Assembly: GCF_009914755.1 (NCBI RefSeq)
Contig: NC_060934.1
DNA length: 64,000 nt
Origin: the human T2T-CHM13v2.0 reference genome, Homo sapiens
Direction: 5' to 3' (one strand)
The notes below the pieces were generated by a model. The model did not search any database. It saw only the letters and a list, made by a program, of their open reading frames with translations, and was not told where the DNA came from. The stretch's first letter is position 1. Each line of letters starts with the position of its first letter. Below, one piece after another: positions 27,577 to 45,649 of the stretch. The position numbers and the translations under genes were made by a program.

Positions 27577-29734
27577 CGTAGTGGGTTCTCTTGTGTGTGT
27601 GTGTCAGTATCTAAGAGAGAGAGACTAGTGCTCTCAAGGAATAAGCAACTGAAATGTGGACTTATATTTTTGAGTTTTCTTTCTAGGACAATGAAGGAAA
27701 TGGACATAGTTGATATTTTTGCATGACAAATAGAATTAAACAACCTGGAAGAGATGAAAATGTGTGTCCTTCAGAGAAAACGTTACTCACATAGGTGATC
27801 ATGACTAGGTGTGTTAGAGGCCTCTTATGTGCTTCCAGATCTCTGTAGCAGCACCTCCAGATGCTACAGCAGAAACCAGTTTCTTTATGGTTTGGAGGAG
27901 CCTCCTGCAGGTGCAATGAGACAGCTCTATGGTGATACTTCTCAATGCCTCTTTGACCTCCAAGTGGAAGGTTCATTTCCGGACTCATATGTGGGTAACA
28001 TGGAAATGTGGAGCCCCCTTTACCAATAGGGGATAGAATCCAATGGATAAATCTTCCTTCTGCCCTCCATGCAGATGGTTCTGGGACCATGTTTTATAAG
28101 ACTTTTCATATGGCCCTGTGGGGAGCAAGCACCAGTCGCCCATACCAGGGTCCAGTTCTCAAAAGAATCCTGGTGTTGACTCTCCTCTTGTTCAGAGGCA
28201 AAGTTGCATGCTAGTTGAAACATTATACTCTTCAATCACAGTCCTCAGAGCACTTTCACTGTGTGCAAAGCATTTTTATATACAAGATCTCAAAGACAAA
28301 GTTAATCTGCGATGCCCTTCATTTCCCTTCTCAACTACTCACTCTCGACCTAGGTGTCAGCATCCTCTATTACTCCCGGGCACACTCCCACCGCCACCCA
28401 CCCACCCCATGGCCAATTTCTCTGTTATGAACATGGACAGTTCCCACCCTACTCAATGCCTCTTTCCAGCTGGGATTGGCCCACTGGCAGCCCCCTACTA
28501 AGGGAATCAGATCAGTCCAAGGCAACATCTGGCCCAAGGGTGGCCCATGCATGGGCTAGTTATAGCTTGTTGTGTGGCCCATTAGGTGGCCAGGTGAGAA
28601 GGGCTTTCCCCAGCTGGGTTGATATCATTAGCTAGCATAAGTACTCTGGCAGGTTTTTGAAGGTATATTAAAGATTAGTTAGTAGATGGTGAGAGTGGAG
28701 CAGAGCAGATATGCAGACAGCAGCAGATTCAACATGAGAGGGAGACCGTGCAGGCCAGAGAGCTTGGGCCTGAGGCTTCTTTAGAGCAACACCAGCTTCT
28801 GAATCACTTTGAAACTCCTGGTTCAGTCTGTGTTTCCTTAGCGTAACTGCTCTACAATAGCTCCTTTTCCTTTTTATGGTGGACCAAGTGGTTGTCTCAG
28901 CTTTCTTATAACCAGAAAACCTTGAGAAGTTGGTGCCCTAGGCCCTACCTTCTCCCATCAAGACCCTATCTTCCTCCAGGCCAGTAATAAGCAATGATGT
29001 ACTGCTAGGTGTCAGCCCTCCATAGACAGGGACTCTCTGGAGGTAGTGTCTTACCTCAAAGAGGTGATACAAAGGCCCGGGGGAAGGCCAGCAAGTGAGA
29101 GATTTGAGGGTTTAGTGAGGATAGTTCCAGTGCCCCTTAGATAGGGTCCATAGGTCCAGCCCTATGGGAAGAATTAGATTCTGGAGCAAATGATAGCATC
29201 TATTCACATCTGGCAATTCTTCTACTTTGGAATGTGCTTTCCACAGAGGGCTGAGTTTGTGGCTTCTCGGCAGTCTCGCCAGTGACTAACATCCATGGTA
29301 TAGGGAGTCTACATCCTGAATTTTATGGGATTGTCCAGATTTTAAACTATGCCATTCCAGGGTTATTATAAATCATTTATTTATCCCAGAAGTTTCAATG
29401 TTTGGTAAATAGTTTCAAAATAATTCACACTAGTGGGCATTACAGTAAGGATGCACATGGATTTGAAAGATGGGATTGCTGCTGGCTGAAGAAATATTAA
29501 TGATTCATTGAGACAACAGATTTGCCATGTGTCTGAAGCTGGCTAAATTCAATCTCCCACTTCATAATTTGAAATACATTCAAAAGCATTGGAGTTATTA
29601 CAGAATTTTACTTTACTGTGAAAATGTATACAAAGCAAAGGAGAAAAAAAATAGAGCCTTAAAGAGATCTTGCAATAGGAAAATCCCTTTTAGAAGAAAT
29701 GTGACAACTCGAAAGTAACATTTTGTGGCTGATA

Positions 29735-29920
29735 TATTATATTTCATCAATTTTAAGATGGACATTTACTTAGAATTTTACATCTCTGAAATTCGGATGT
29801 ATCTTTTTTCAATTGGTCATACTATATATTCTAATTGAAAACATTTTTTATTTCCTAGTCATATATAAATAATTGGTGCACTTTACAATTAATGGCATCT
29901 TAGATTCAATAATATACAGT
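29735..29920. mobile_element. Tigger/TcMar-like MITE
   Basis: Imperfect TIRs 'tatttcatcaattttaagatg' and 'catcttagattcaataatatacag'. Confidence 0.55.
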
Positions 29921-30029
29921 AATAGTGTAGTAAATGTTGTTCAAAGTAGAAAATTGGACAATACTTCTTATATTAGATAAACACAAGCTGGATCTCAGCC
30001 CTATAGCTTTCAGTGTTAAATTGGAGAAA

Positions 30030-30155
30030 TTTATTATAAATATGTCTTTAAATATTTATAAATGTCATATTTATTATAAATGTGTCTTTGAATACTTATA
30101 AATGTCTTTAAATTTAATTTATTTAAATATTTATTATAAATATGTCTTTAAATAC
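30030..30155. repeat. AT-rich imperfect tandem repeat (tttattataaatatgtctttaaata-like units)
   Basis: About five degenerate copies visible directly. Confidence 0.8.
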
Positions 30156-30374
30156 AGTTTTTAGCAAATCATATATAATTCTGTAAAACACAGTTTAGAT
30201 TCCAAGCATTTAGACTTCCCCTCTAATTTCCACCTTGCGAAACCTACTTTTTTATGAATATGAGTAATGAAAAGGTAATTATTTTCCAGAAGTTCAAGGT
30301 ATTGGGCACAATATTATTACCTCACAATTATAATAGATTTGTTTACCATTAGTATAAAAAAGTTGCCTCAAAAA

Positions 30375-30495
30375 ATAAACAGGTGCAGCAAACCACCATG
30401 GCACATGTATACCTATGTAAAAAACCTGCACATTCTGCACACATATCCTGGAACTTAAAGTAAAATAAAAAATAAATAAATAAAAACAAACAATA
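30375..30495 (+). mobile_element. Short L1PA 3'-end insertion
   Basis: 'ggtgcagcaaaccaccatggcacatgtatacctatgtaa...gaacttaaagtaaaat' plus A tail; TSD-like ataaaa(aa)agttgc on both sides. Confidence 0.85.
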
Positions 30496-30529
30496 AAAAG
30501 TTGCTTCTATCATAGTAAGCTACATCATA

Positions 30530-31905
30530 ACGGTAACACCAGAGAACTAGCATAAGAATAGACATATAGAACAACGGAAGAAAATTGATAATCCACAAAC
30601 ATATTCTTACGCTTATGGTCAACTGATTTTCAACAAAGGTGCTAAGGTAATTAAATGGGGTAAAGAATTGTCTTTTTAACAAATGGTGCAGGACAACTGG
30701 ATATCCACATATACAAGGATGAATTTGGGCTCTAACTTCATGCCATATAAAAATATTACATCAAAATAGATCATATACCTAAATGTAAGAACAAAATGGC
30801 AAAATATTTAGAGGAATATCTTTATGATCTTGGGTTAGGAAAAGAGTTTTAAGATATAACACCAAAACCATGATCTATAAAAGAAAAAACTGGTGAACTG
30901 GACTTCATCAAAATTAAAAATTCTTGTGCTTCCAAAGACATCACTAAGAACATGGAAAAGACAATCCACAGACTAGGAGAAAACTTTGGCAAATAACATG
31001 CTGATAAGGTACTTGTGGCAGAATTTACAAAGAACTTTTACAATAAATAAGACAAAGACAACTCGATTAAAAAATAGACAAAAGTTTTAAATAGATCTTT
31101 CACCAAAAATATGCATATGGCAAACGAGCAAATGAAAAGAGACTGAACACATTTACTCATTAGGGAAATGAAAATTAAAACCACAGTGTGGTGGGATACC
31201 ACCACATACCTAATAAAACAGGTTTTAGCAGTCCCTGAAAATACCAAGTGCTGTTGAGGATGCAGAACAACTGAACTCTCACAGCTTTTGCTGGTATGGC
31301 CAATCTGAAAAACAGTTCAGCAGTTTCAAAAATAAAGTTAAACATATGCTTATGGTTTGACCCAAATATCCCACTTCTAGGCAGGTACTGAAAACTTATG
31401 TTTGAACAAAAGCTCTATATAAAGGTTTATAGAGGCTTTGTTCATAATCACCAAAAGCTGGAAATAAGCCAAAGCTCATCAACTGACAAGTGAATAAATA
31501 AACTCTGGTGCATCCACACAATGAAACACTACCCAGTAATAAAAAGGAATTGACACTGTGACATGCTACAACATGGAGGAAACTCAAAGACACTGTGCTA
31601 AGTAAAGAAAAAGCAGATGCAATAGGCTATATATTATATAATTCCATTTATATAAAATGTTTAGAAAACGCAAATTTATGCACACAGAAAGTAGATTAGT
31701 GGTTGCCTGGGGCTGGGAGAAAGAGGGGAGGGTGACTGCAGATAGAAGCAAAGGATTTGTTTTGGGTGATGGAAATGTTCTAAAACTGGATGGTGGAGAT
31801 GGGCGAACAACTCTGCAAATTTATTAAAAACCATTGAATTGCTCACTTGTAATAAGTGAATTTGATGGTATGTAAGTCATACTTCAACAAAGCTGTTTTT
31901 TAAAA
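30530..31905 (+). mobile_element. L1MB/MC-type 3' portion
   Basis: ORF2 C-terminal and 3'UTR motifs: 'ggtcaactgattttcaacaaaggtgctaag', 'ggacttcatcaaaattaaaa', 'agattagtggttgcctgggg'. Confidence 0.88.
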
Positions 31906-32564
31906 AGTTTAACACTAAATTTAATGCGAAAGTTATTGACCTTGACATCCTGCCAGGTTAATGGTTGTTTTGTGGGGTTTTTTTTCTATTATGAGCAATA
32001 GGATATCTGTTGATAAGATTATTGGTATGGTCATATTACATTATTAATACAAACTTTGGAAATGAAAAACATATGCCTTCTAAGAATATTTTATGGAAAT
32101 TACCAAATAACTGCCATATAAAATTAATGAGGATGGGTGCCAAAGGCATAAGCTTGCAAAAATCACATGAATAGCACATTTGAAGTTCTTCCAGCTGATG
32201 TGGAAATTGATGTTATAAAAACATTGAAACATTTTTATATTTACACATTGCTACTACAGACACTGAAATCATTTGTGACTTTTATCCAACTGCTTTGCAG
32301 ACAAATTTGAATATTTTTGAATATAAGATTTCCAAGCTTAATGTGTATCCTTAAAGACTATCGATAATATTTCAACCTCTATAAGGCTAACTTTGTCAAT
32401 TAAAAATGATAAATGGTTCTTAAGAAAATTTTCAGAAATCCTGAGATAATTTTCATTATTGTTGTATTGGTTAGGGTAAGTTAAGAGTTGTAACAAACAA
32501 CTCCCAAATCTCAATGGCTAAGGACGGTAAGAGTTTATTTATTGCCTCATGTCATAGTTCAAGG

Positions 32565-33880
32565 AATGGAATTGCTGGGTCATATGGCAACTCTATTTTA
32601 ACATTTTGAGGAGCTGCCAAACTGTTTTCAAAAGTGGTTGCATCATTTTCTAATCTTGCCAGCAATGTATGAGGATGCCAGAATCTCCACACTCTTACCA
32701 ACACTTGTTATTATCTTTTTGACTTTAGCCACCCAAGTGGATATGAAGTAGTATTTCATTGTGGTTTTGAAATACATTTCTCTTAAGGCTAATGATGTTC
32801 AGCATCTTTCATATGCTGATTACCTACTTTTTATCTTCTTTGGAAATAATTTCTATTCAAGTCTGTTGTTCATTTTTGAATTCAGTTATTTTTCTTTTTA
32901 CTGTTGTCTCAGTCTATTAGTGCTACTATAACAAAATACATAAGACTGGGTAATTTATAAAGAACAGAAATTTACTTCTCACAGTTCTGGAGGCTGGGAA
33001 GTCCAAGATCAAGGTGCCAGCAGGTTTGGTGCCTGGTGAGGGCCCATTCCTCATAGATGGCACCATCTAGGTAGAAAGATGCCATTAACACAGTAAAAAG
33101 GATGGAAAGACAAAAGGGGACAAACACTGTGTTCTCACATGGCAGAAGAGCAGAAGAAACAAATTTGCCTTCTCAAGCCCTTCTGTAAGGCACTAATCCA
33201 TTCATATGGGCAGAACCCTCTTGACCTGATCACTTTGTAAAAGCCCTGTCTCTTCATATCACTACAACAGGAATAAGTGTCAACAAGAATTTAGGAAGGG
33301 ACACACTCAAACCATAGCAATTGTTGAGTTATGAGACTTCACATCTCTGGATAAAAGTATCTTATCAAGTCTCTTAATTTGTAAACATTTTCTTTCACTC
33401 TCTGGTTGTTTTAATTTTGATGAAATGCAATATTTATCTTTTTCTTTTGTCATTATTACTTTTAGAAACCATTACCTAATGCAAGGTCACAAAGATTTGC
33501 TTTTATGTTTTCTTATAAGAGTTTTATAGTTTCAGCTATTATATTTAGGTCTACGATACATTTTAAGTTTATTTCTACATATTGTATAAAGTAGGGCTCC
33601 AACTTTGTTTGTTTTCATGTGGGTATATAGTTATCCCAGCATCATCTGTTGAAAAGACTTCTTTCTCCATTAAATTGTCTCAGAATCCTTGTCAAAAATC
33701 AATTGACCATGAGTGTAAGAGTTAGTTTCTGGATTCCTACTTCAATCCCACTGATCTATTTATCTGTACTCATGCCAGTACCACACTGTCTTGACTATCA
33801 CAGGTTTTGAGTTTGGGAAGTGTGCATCCTCCAAGTTTGTTCGTTTTTTTTTCAACATTTTTTTGACTATTCTGCATCTT
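32565..33880 (-). mobile_element. L1M ORF2/3' fragment interrupted by a MaLR LTR
   Basis: 'ggaattgctgggtcatatggcaactctatttt', 'ttgtcaaaaatcaattgacc', 'atgccagtaccacactgtcttga'. Confidence 0.85.
32905..33319 (-). mobile_element. MLT1A/MSTD-like MaLR solo LTR
   Basis: 'tgtctcagtc...cacagttctggaggctgggaagtccaagatcaagg...aaaccatagca'; 5-bp TSD actgt/attgt. Confidence 0.88.
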
Positions 33881-34808
33881 TACCACTAATTTTTATAACA
33901 CAATTTTCAAAATTGAAGAGGGAATAGAGGGTGGGAAATAGAAAATGCTTGCATTGGAAGCCAAATGTGAGTATGTGTGCTGGTATAAGAATCTTTAAGA
34001 CAGAAGCTTATTTTTGCTTTACAAAGTAAAAATTCTCTAAGAAATAGTTATTGGTAATAATTACCATGATATAAAATTTTACAAGGAAATTACATAAGAA
34101 TAGTTTTAATGATGAAGACCTTAGGACATAAAACTTGCTAGTCTTCACCAATTATCTCTAATTTATTTGGATAGAAAAAGCTCTAAGTGGGATAATCGGG
34201 GGGAAAATTATTTTCTAATTTTTACAAACCTTTATAAAATCTGACTTTTAAAAGACAAGGTGGAAATCTCTACAGATCAGAAGATTGGTCCCTGGACTAT
34301 TGGCATTCCTAAATTCCTGTCTGCTAAATCAGAAAATGTACATGCTTGTCCCTTCACTGCTGAATAAGGGAGATCGAGAAGCCACTGGTGACCTTTGAAA
34401 CAGTGAAATATCACTTGGTTTTCCTAATGATTACTCAGAGATTTGTGAAAAAGTGATTGCAAACAACTGGGAACAAATAATAATGAGCAAGGTGGGAGGC
34501 TGCACTACCTGGAAGGAAGGGTACAGGTGGGCTTTAGAATCAGACTGCCATGAATTTTAAACGTGATTTTTTTTTATCTTTTTTTATTTTTATTTTTTTA
34601 TTATACTTTAAGTTTTAGGGTACATGTGCACATTGTGCAGGTTAGTTACATATGTATACATGTGCCATGCCATGCTGGTGCGCTGCACCCACTAACTCGT
34701 CATCTAGCATTAGGTATATCTCCCAATGCTATCCCTCCTCCTTCCCCCCACCCCACCACAGTCCCCAGAGTGTGATATTCCCCTTCCTGTGTCCATGTGA
34801 TCCATTGT

Positions 34809-38632
<3,824 letters not shown>

Positions 38633-38695
38633 TATGATGTTAGCTGGTGATTTTGCTTGTTAGTTGATGCAGTTTCTTCCTAGTCTCGATGGTCT

Positions 38696-39712
38696 TTACA
38701 TTTTGGCATGATTTTGCAGTGGCTGGTACTGGTTGTTCCTTTCCATGTTTAGCGCTTCCTTCAGGAGCTCTTTTACGGCAGGCCTGGTGGCGACAAAATC
38801 TCTCAGCATTTGCTTGTCTGTAAAGTATTTTATTTCTCCTTCACTTATGAAGCTTAGTTTGGCTGGATATGAGATTCTGGGTTGAAAATTCTTTTCTTTA
38901 AGAATGTTGAATATTGGCCCCCACTCTCTTCTGGCTTGTAGGGTTTCTGCCAAGAGATCCACTGTTAGTCTGATGGGCTTCCCTTTGAGGGTAACCCGAC
39001 CTTTCTCTCTGGCTGCCCTTAACATTTTTTCCTTCATTTCAACTTTGGTGAATCTGACAATTATGTGTCTTGGAGTTGCTCTTCTTGAGGAGTATCTTTG
39101 TGGCATTCTCTGTATTTCCTGAATCTGAATGTTGGCCTGCCTTGCTAGATTGGGGAAGTTCTCCTGGATAATATCCTGCAGAGTGTTTTCCAACTTGGTT
39201 CCATTCTCCCCATCACTTTCAGGTACACCAATCAGACGTAGATTTGGTCTTTTCACATAGTCCCATATTTCTTGGAGGCTTTGCTCATTTCTTTTTATTC
39301 TTTTTTCTCTAAACTTCCCTTCTCGCTTCATTTCATTCATTTCATCTTCCATTGCTGATACCCTTTCTTCCAGTTGATCGCATCGTCTCCTGAGGCTTCT
39401 GCATTCTTCACGTAGTTCTCAAGCCTTGGTTTTCAGCTCCATCAGCTCCTTTAAGCACTTCTCCGTATTGGTTATTCTAGTTATACATTCTTCTAAATTT
39501 TTTTCAAAGTTTTCAACTTCGTTGCCTTTGGTTTGAATGTCCTCCCGTAGCTCAGAGTAATTTGATCGTCTGAAGCCTTCTTCTCTCAGCTCGTCAAAGT
39601 CATTCTCCATCCAGCTTTGTTCCGTTGCTGGTGAGGAACTGCGTTCCTTTGGAGGAGGAGAGGTGCTCTGCGTTTTAGAGTTTCCAGTTTTTCTGTTCTG
39701 TTTTTTCCCCAT
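38696..39712 (-). pseudogene. L1 ORF1p, disrupted by a nonsense codon after residue 97 (CGA>TGA)
   Basis: ORF track: MGKKQNRK...ELKTKA* followed in frame by ...RPNLRLIGVPE...YPAKLS...NHAKM. Confidence 0.95.
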
Positions 39713-40591
39713 CTTTGTGGTTTTATCTGCTTTTGGTCTTTGATGATGGTGATGTACAGATGGGTTTTCGGTGTGGATGTCCTTTCTGTTAGTTTTCCTT
39801 CTAACAGACAGGACTCTCAGCTGCAGGTCTGTTGGAATACCCTGCCGTGTGAGGTGTCAGTGTGCCCCTGCTGGGGGGTGCCTCCCAGTTAGGCTGCTCG
39901 GGGGTCAGGGGTCAGGGACCCACTTGAGGAGGCAGTCTGCCCGTTCTCAGATCTCCAGCTGTGTGCTGGGAGAACCACTGCTCTCTTCAAAGCTGACAGG
40001 GACATTTAAGTCTGCGGAGGTTACTGCTGTCTTTTTGTTTGTCTGTGCCCTGCCCCCAGAGGTGGAGCCTACAGAGGCAGGCAGGCCTCCTTGAGCTGTG
40101 GTGGGCTCCACCCAGTTCGAGCTTCCCGGCTGCTTTGTTTACCTAAGGCGCCCCTCCCCCAGCCTCGCTGCAGCCTTGCAGTTTGATCTCAGACTGCTGT
40201 GCTAGCAATCAGCGAGATTCCGTGGGCGTAGGACCCTCCGAGCCACGTGTGGGATATAATCTCGTGGTGCGCCGTTTTTTTAAGCCGGTCTGAAAAGCGC
40301 AATATTCGGGTGGGAGTGACCCGATTTTCCAGGTGTGTCCGTCACCCCTTTCTTTGACTCGGAAAGGGAACTCCCTGACCCCTTGCGCTTCCCAGGTGAG
40401 GCAATGCCTCGCCCTGCTTCGGCTCGCGCACGGTGCGCGCACCCACTGACCTGGGCCCACTCTCTGGCACTCCCTAGTGAGATGAACCCGGTACCTCAGA
40501 TGGAAATGCAGAAATCACCCGTCTTCTGCGTCGCTCACGCTGGGAGCTGTAGACCGGAGCTGTTCCTATTCGGCCATCTTGGCTCCTCCCC
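39713..40591. promoter_or_regulatory. L1 5'UTR: CpG-rich internal sense promoter (toward lower coordinates) and antisense promoter (toward higher coordinates)
   Basis: Complete 5'UTR retaining many CpGs, YY1 motif, and antisense splice donor cccag|gtgagg at 40395/40396. Confidence 0.8.
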
Positions 40592-43529
40592 TAAACGTGA
40601 ATTTCTTACTGGCTTTGTGATCTTTGGAAGGTTATTAAGCTTCAGTTTCATTATCTCTAGAAATTGGTAAATAGTTCTTGCAGGATTGCTCTGAAGATTA
40701 AGTGATTAAGTTAGGCAAGAGATGCAATATGAACATGCCTAGAAAAATACCTGCCACAGAGCAGGGCTTCAATCAATCTCAGCTATTTTTTTCTCCAATG
40801 CCTACAAGTGGACAAATGATGAAAAAGACTGAACAAATAATGTTAACTGAATTATTATGATAAATTTGATATTTCTTCCCATGAAATCTCACTGTTTTTA
40901 ATAGAGAATATTCATCGAGTAAGATGCAATAAACATAATATATTATCTTTCAGAATAATTTTATACAAATAAACAAACCATTTAAAAAAAAGAAAAGAAA
41001 ACCTCTTTCATCAGCTCAATTGTCCTAATTCCTGCTTAGGAAAATCATGTTTCTTTAACTCTTCAGGACTATGTGAATACCATATATTCAACAAGCAAGC
41101 TTCAAGTTCTCATGGGTAAGTGGGACAACCAGAAAACAGAAAGTTAAATGTGTACAAAAGTATGCATCCTGGTCGCCCATCTGAGGATAAGGATGTGGTC
41201 TCTGTGTCCAAGGTCAAGCCTACAGTGGAAGGCCAAATGTCCCAATTTAAAATTATAGTCCATATTGCACAAGGGAATCTGGATTTTGCTCACTGTTTCC
41301 TTGACATTACAACAGTATCTGGCACACAGCAAGTGCTCAATAAGTAATTGTTGGATGAGTGCATAAATGAGTGGACCACAGCAGGTATCATCCAGTACGG
41401 TAGTTTTCGAACATGTTTTTAGCTGTGGGCTCTTTGTTCAAACAAAATATTCAGTAGACACCCAATGTGATACAGATGCAAAAGGAACTTATCTTGTCCA
41501 GGTAAGACTGATAGGCCTGCACCCCAGGGACCCCTAGATTTTGCAGAGCATAGCTGGAAACCCCCAATCTCATTAAACCCCTCGTTTCAGAGATGGGAAC
41601 AGAAAGGCCCAGAAATGAACAGGGCTTACCCAATGCTGCATAGTGGGGCCCAAAATTTTACTTTTGCGGTTGGGAGTCCCTATGCCAGTGGGGAAAAGAG
41701 CAAATTCTACTAAGTGTTTGCATCACCAGGAGGGTGTGTAGACACCTGCAGGTCATCCAGGTGGCTTCAGTGTAGAGCTGATATTGGTTGTTTATCCTGT
41801 TTTTAGAAATGCAACTTGTTCTATGGTGCAATAAGGAGCTTCAAGCTGTGTCACTGAGGACTCTTTAATGGCAAGGCTCTGTATTTTGGCTATAACCTTA
41901 TGACTTCCCAACTCTCCACCCAGGAAATTGCTTCGCAATTTAGACATCCTAAAATTGTCTCCAAAAGAAAGTGAATATGGATTCTTTGGGGAACAATTGC
42001 GTCAGATCAGTGGATGAGAATTTAGGAGCTGACTTTGGGTCTGGATCTGATAACACTAGCATCCTTCCAGATCAGAGAGTTTAGAGCATCCAGTCGAGAA
42101 TACTAATTAGTGCTGAGTGTGGAAGACAGACTCAACAACCTGTGCTTTCTCCCTTGGACTTTCATGTTTGCTCAGGTCATGCCCTGTTTGCTCCTCCATC
42201 CTCTCACTCTTCCTCCTTAGATGCAGCAGACGGTCTGCACCACTGAGGGCCTTGTACCCAGCCCCTTCTCCTCCTCCTCCATCCAGTCAGCAGAGGGCTA
42301 CCAGGCCCATAGGATGTGGCTCAGAAAGACCATCCCTTCTCCCTTTGCAGCCTCTGCCCTCGCCTCCAATTTATTCTCTGGCCCCTTATTTTCCATTATG
42401 CTGGAGACAGAGAAAAAGGGAATTAGATTCTCTCACAGATAGAAATTACAAAGTCAAAGAGCTGAGATAATGGGCAACTTAATGCTAGCCACCACAGCAT
42501 TTCTCAATTGCACAGTCCTGGATAAAGTATGACTTCTTGATGCACATACAACAACAGCAATAACACTGTAAGTCAAGTTGTTTGAAGACGCCCACAAGGT
42601 ACCTGGGAGAGGTCTACCAAGCTGGCAGATGCTCCAGGCAGTTTGGGGGCTGTTCCTCCAGTCGACCTAAAGAGGGAGCTGTTTCCTTAGAATGCCTGAG
42701 CGAGAGGCCCTGCCCGCCAGCCCGGGGGTTTGGGGATCACAGCAGCCACCTGCTTGTGCACCAGGCTGTCACTGAACAAATGCAAGTTGCACTTTTCTCA
42801 TTTTTTAAAAAATTGTGTCTACTAAACTGACAAGAGTTCTAGTAGATCAAGTTCTGTTACCAATCAGGCTCAATGTCTTTATCTGTAAGTGGGAACAGGG
42901 GCACAGGTCCAGCAAATTTCACTGGGTGGTTAAGAAGCCTGGCTGTGCTTGGCATGGATGGGTATCATGTAATAATCAAGCGTGTTTGCAGTAGAGACTA
43001 AAAGATCAGTTTCGAACTGATACCTCACCACATGGCCTTGGCCAGGTTTCTAATCTCTCCACCCCTCAGGTTCTGCTTGTAATTTTGGGAAAAGAATAGC
43101 ACTGAATTTACAGGACTGTTGTAAGGAATAAGTGAAAAATGTGTGCAATGGATTGGATGGGGCCAATACATAATAAGCTCTTAATAAATGGTAGCTTTAA
43201 AAAATATAGCTATTGAAGCAAAAATGTTTTCAGACCCTGTCTTATTACGCACAGGTGAGACGCATGCTCTACTTCCTGACTTGGTTCTCCCACACAAGAA
43301 AAGTCAAACAATATTCCAGAAGGGAGGAGTTGTGTTTCCAATCCAAATGGAAATATATTGCTTGGGCATGACTCTCCAGGGTGCTTCATTGAAGGGAAGG
43401 CGCCCAAGCCATGTGAATGTGAAAAGGAGAAGTTGACACCTCAGTTTACACATCTCAGAGGAATTCACGTGAATGTGTTTTCCCTACAGCAATAATCCTT
43501 CCTCCAATCTGTAACCAATATTCATCTAC

Positions 43530-44650
<1,121 letters not shown>

Positions 44651-45649
44651 CATCTCAGAGCCCTTTCACCTAGCATCTAATGCATATTCCCTTTATGCAT
44701 ATGGAATCTATGATCTTCATTTTTTCCAGAGCAAAACTTACAATCAGCTAGGGGAATCAAGACATGTTATCTTCATGCGTCCTCCATCTTTGTTTCTGGT
44801 TTATAGTGGTTCTGCTGTTGTTTCAGAAGGGAGGAAGGACTAGACCCTTGGAGTGACTGCTTGACAACTGAAACCTTCAGAAGGGGAGAGCACCCACCCC
44901 TGGAGTGGTGGCAGGCTTTTCCATTCATGACAGATGGGAGCATAAAGCAACAAGATGTTTCTCCACAAACCTTAAAAGTGAACATACCCTTTTGCCCAGA
45001 ATTTCTACTTTTTTTGGAATTTAGACTACAGAAAAAAATAATTAAAATGTACAAGAATGATCCTAAAGATTTATTTCAGGGATGCTCACTGCAAAGTTGT
45101 TTATAATTGTGAAAAGCTGGAAACAAACATGACACACAGAAATAGCACCTGGCCTTAGAGGACCCAAGGCTGGGCCTGACTCCCTAGCTGAGGAGTCTCA
45201 ATATAGGGTGTGGGACTGGGAAGGAGATGTCCCAAGAATGTAGCGAGGCTCCTAATGTCACGTAGTGACCAACATGTTCTTTTTGAATTGGGGATGGGGC
45301 GGGGGGAGATGGTTCAACTGTACACATCAAGAATGGACTCTTTTCCCTTTCTCTTAGCTCCTAAGCATTGCTAAGCTGAGTGGTCGCAGCTGGAATAAGT
45401 AAGCTCTGGCTGGAAACTCCCCCGAGGAATCTCTCCTCCCTGCTGTTCTTCCCCACCCCCAGAAAGCTTCGTTTCATGTCTAAAAGCTCAAAGATGTGCT
45501 GAGTCATACTGTACAAATAGCAGTGGACTAGGGAATTATAAAATGTCGCTTCCTTTCTTTCTTGGACATTTATTTATTGAGTACCTACTATGTGCCATGC
45601 CCTATGCTAAGCCCCAGAGAGAGAATGAAAAATGCAACATAATCCCTAC

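Larger units (their letters stand above)
29301..34250 (+). mobile_element. Fragmented ancient hAT (Blackjack-clade) DNA transposon with a decayed transposase
   Basis: Left end resembles MER94/Blackjack TIR region; manual translation of 32010-32460 gives DKIIG..NTNFG..KNILWKL..EVLPADVE..KHFYIYT..LKSF..RF.SL..LKKIFRNP; further colinear pieces at ~30170-30530, ~31910-31960 and ~33885-34200. Confidence 0.65.

Noticed and set aside
28400-28930. Possible old ERVL-type LTR
   Set aside because: Only a vague resemblance; ends and family could not be defined from sequence alone.
30030-30155. CRISPR-like or functional repeat array
   Set aside because: Degenerate AT-rich tandem repeat without unique spacers, in eukaryotic DNA.
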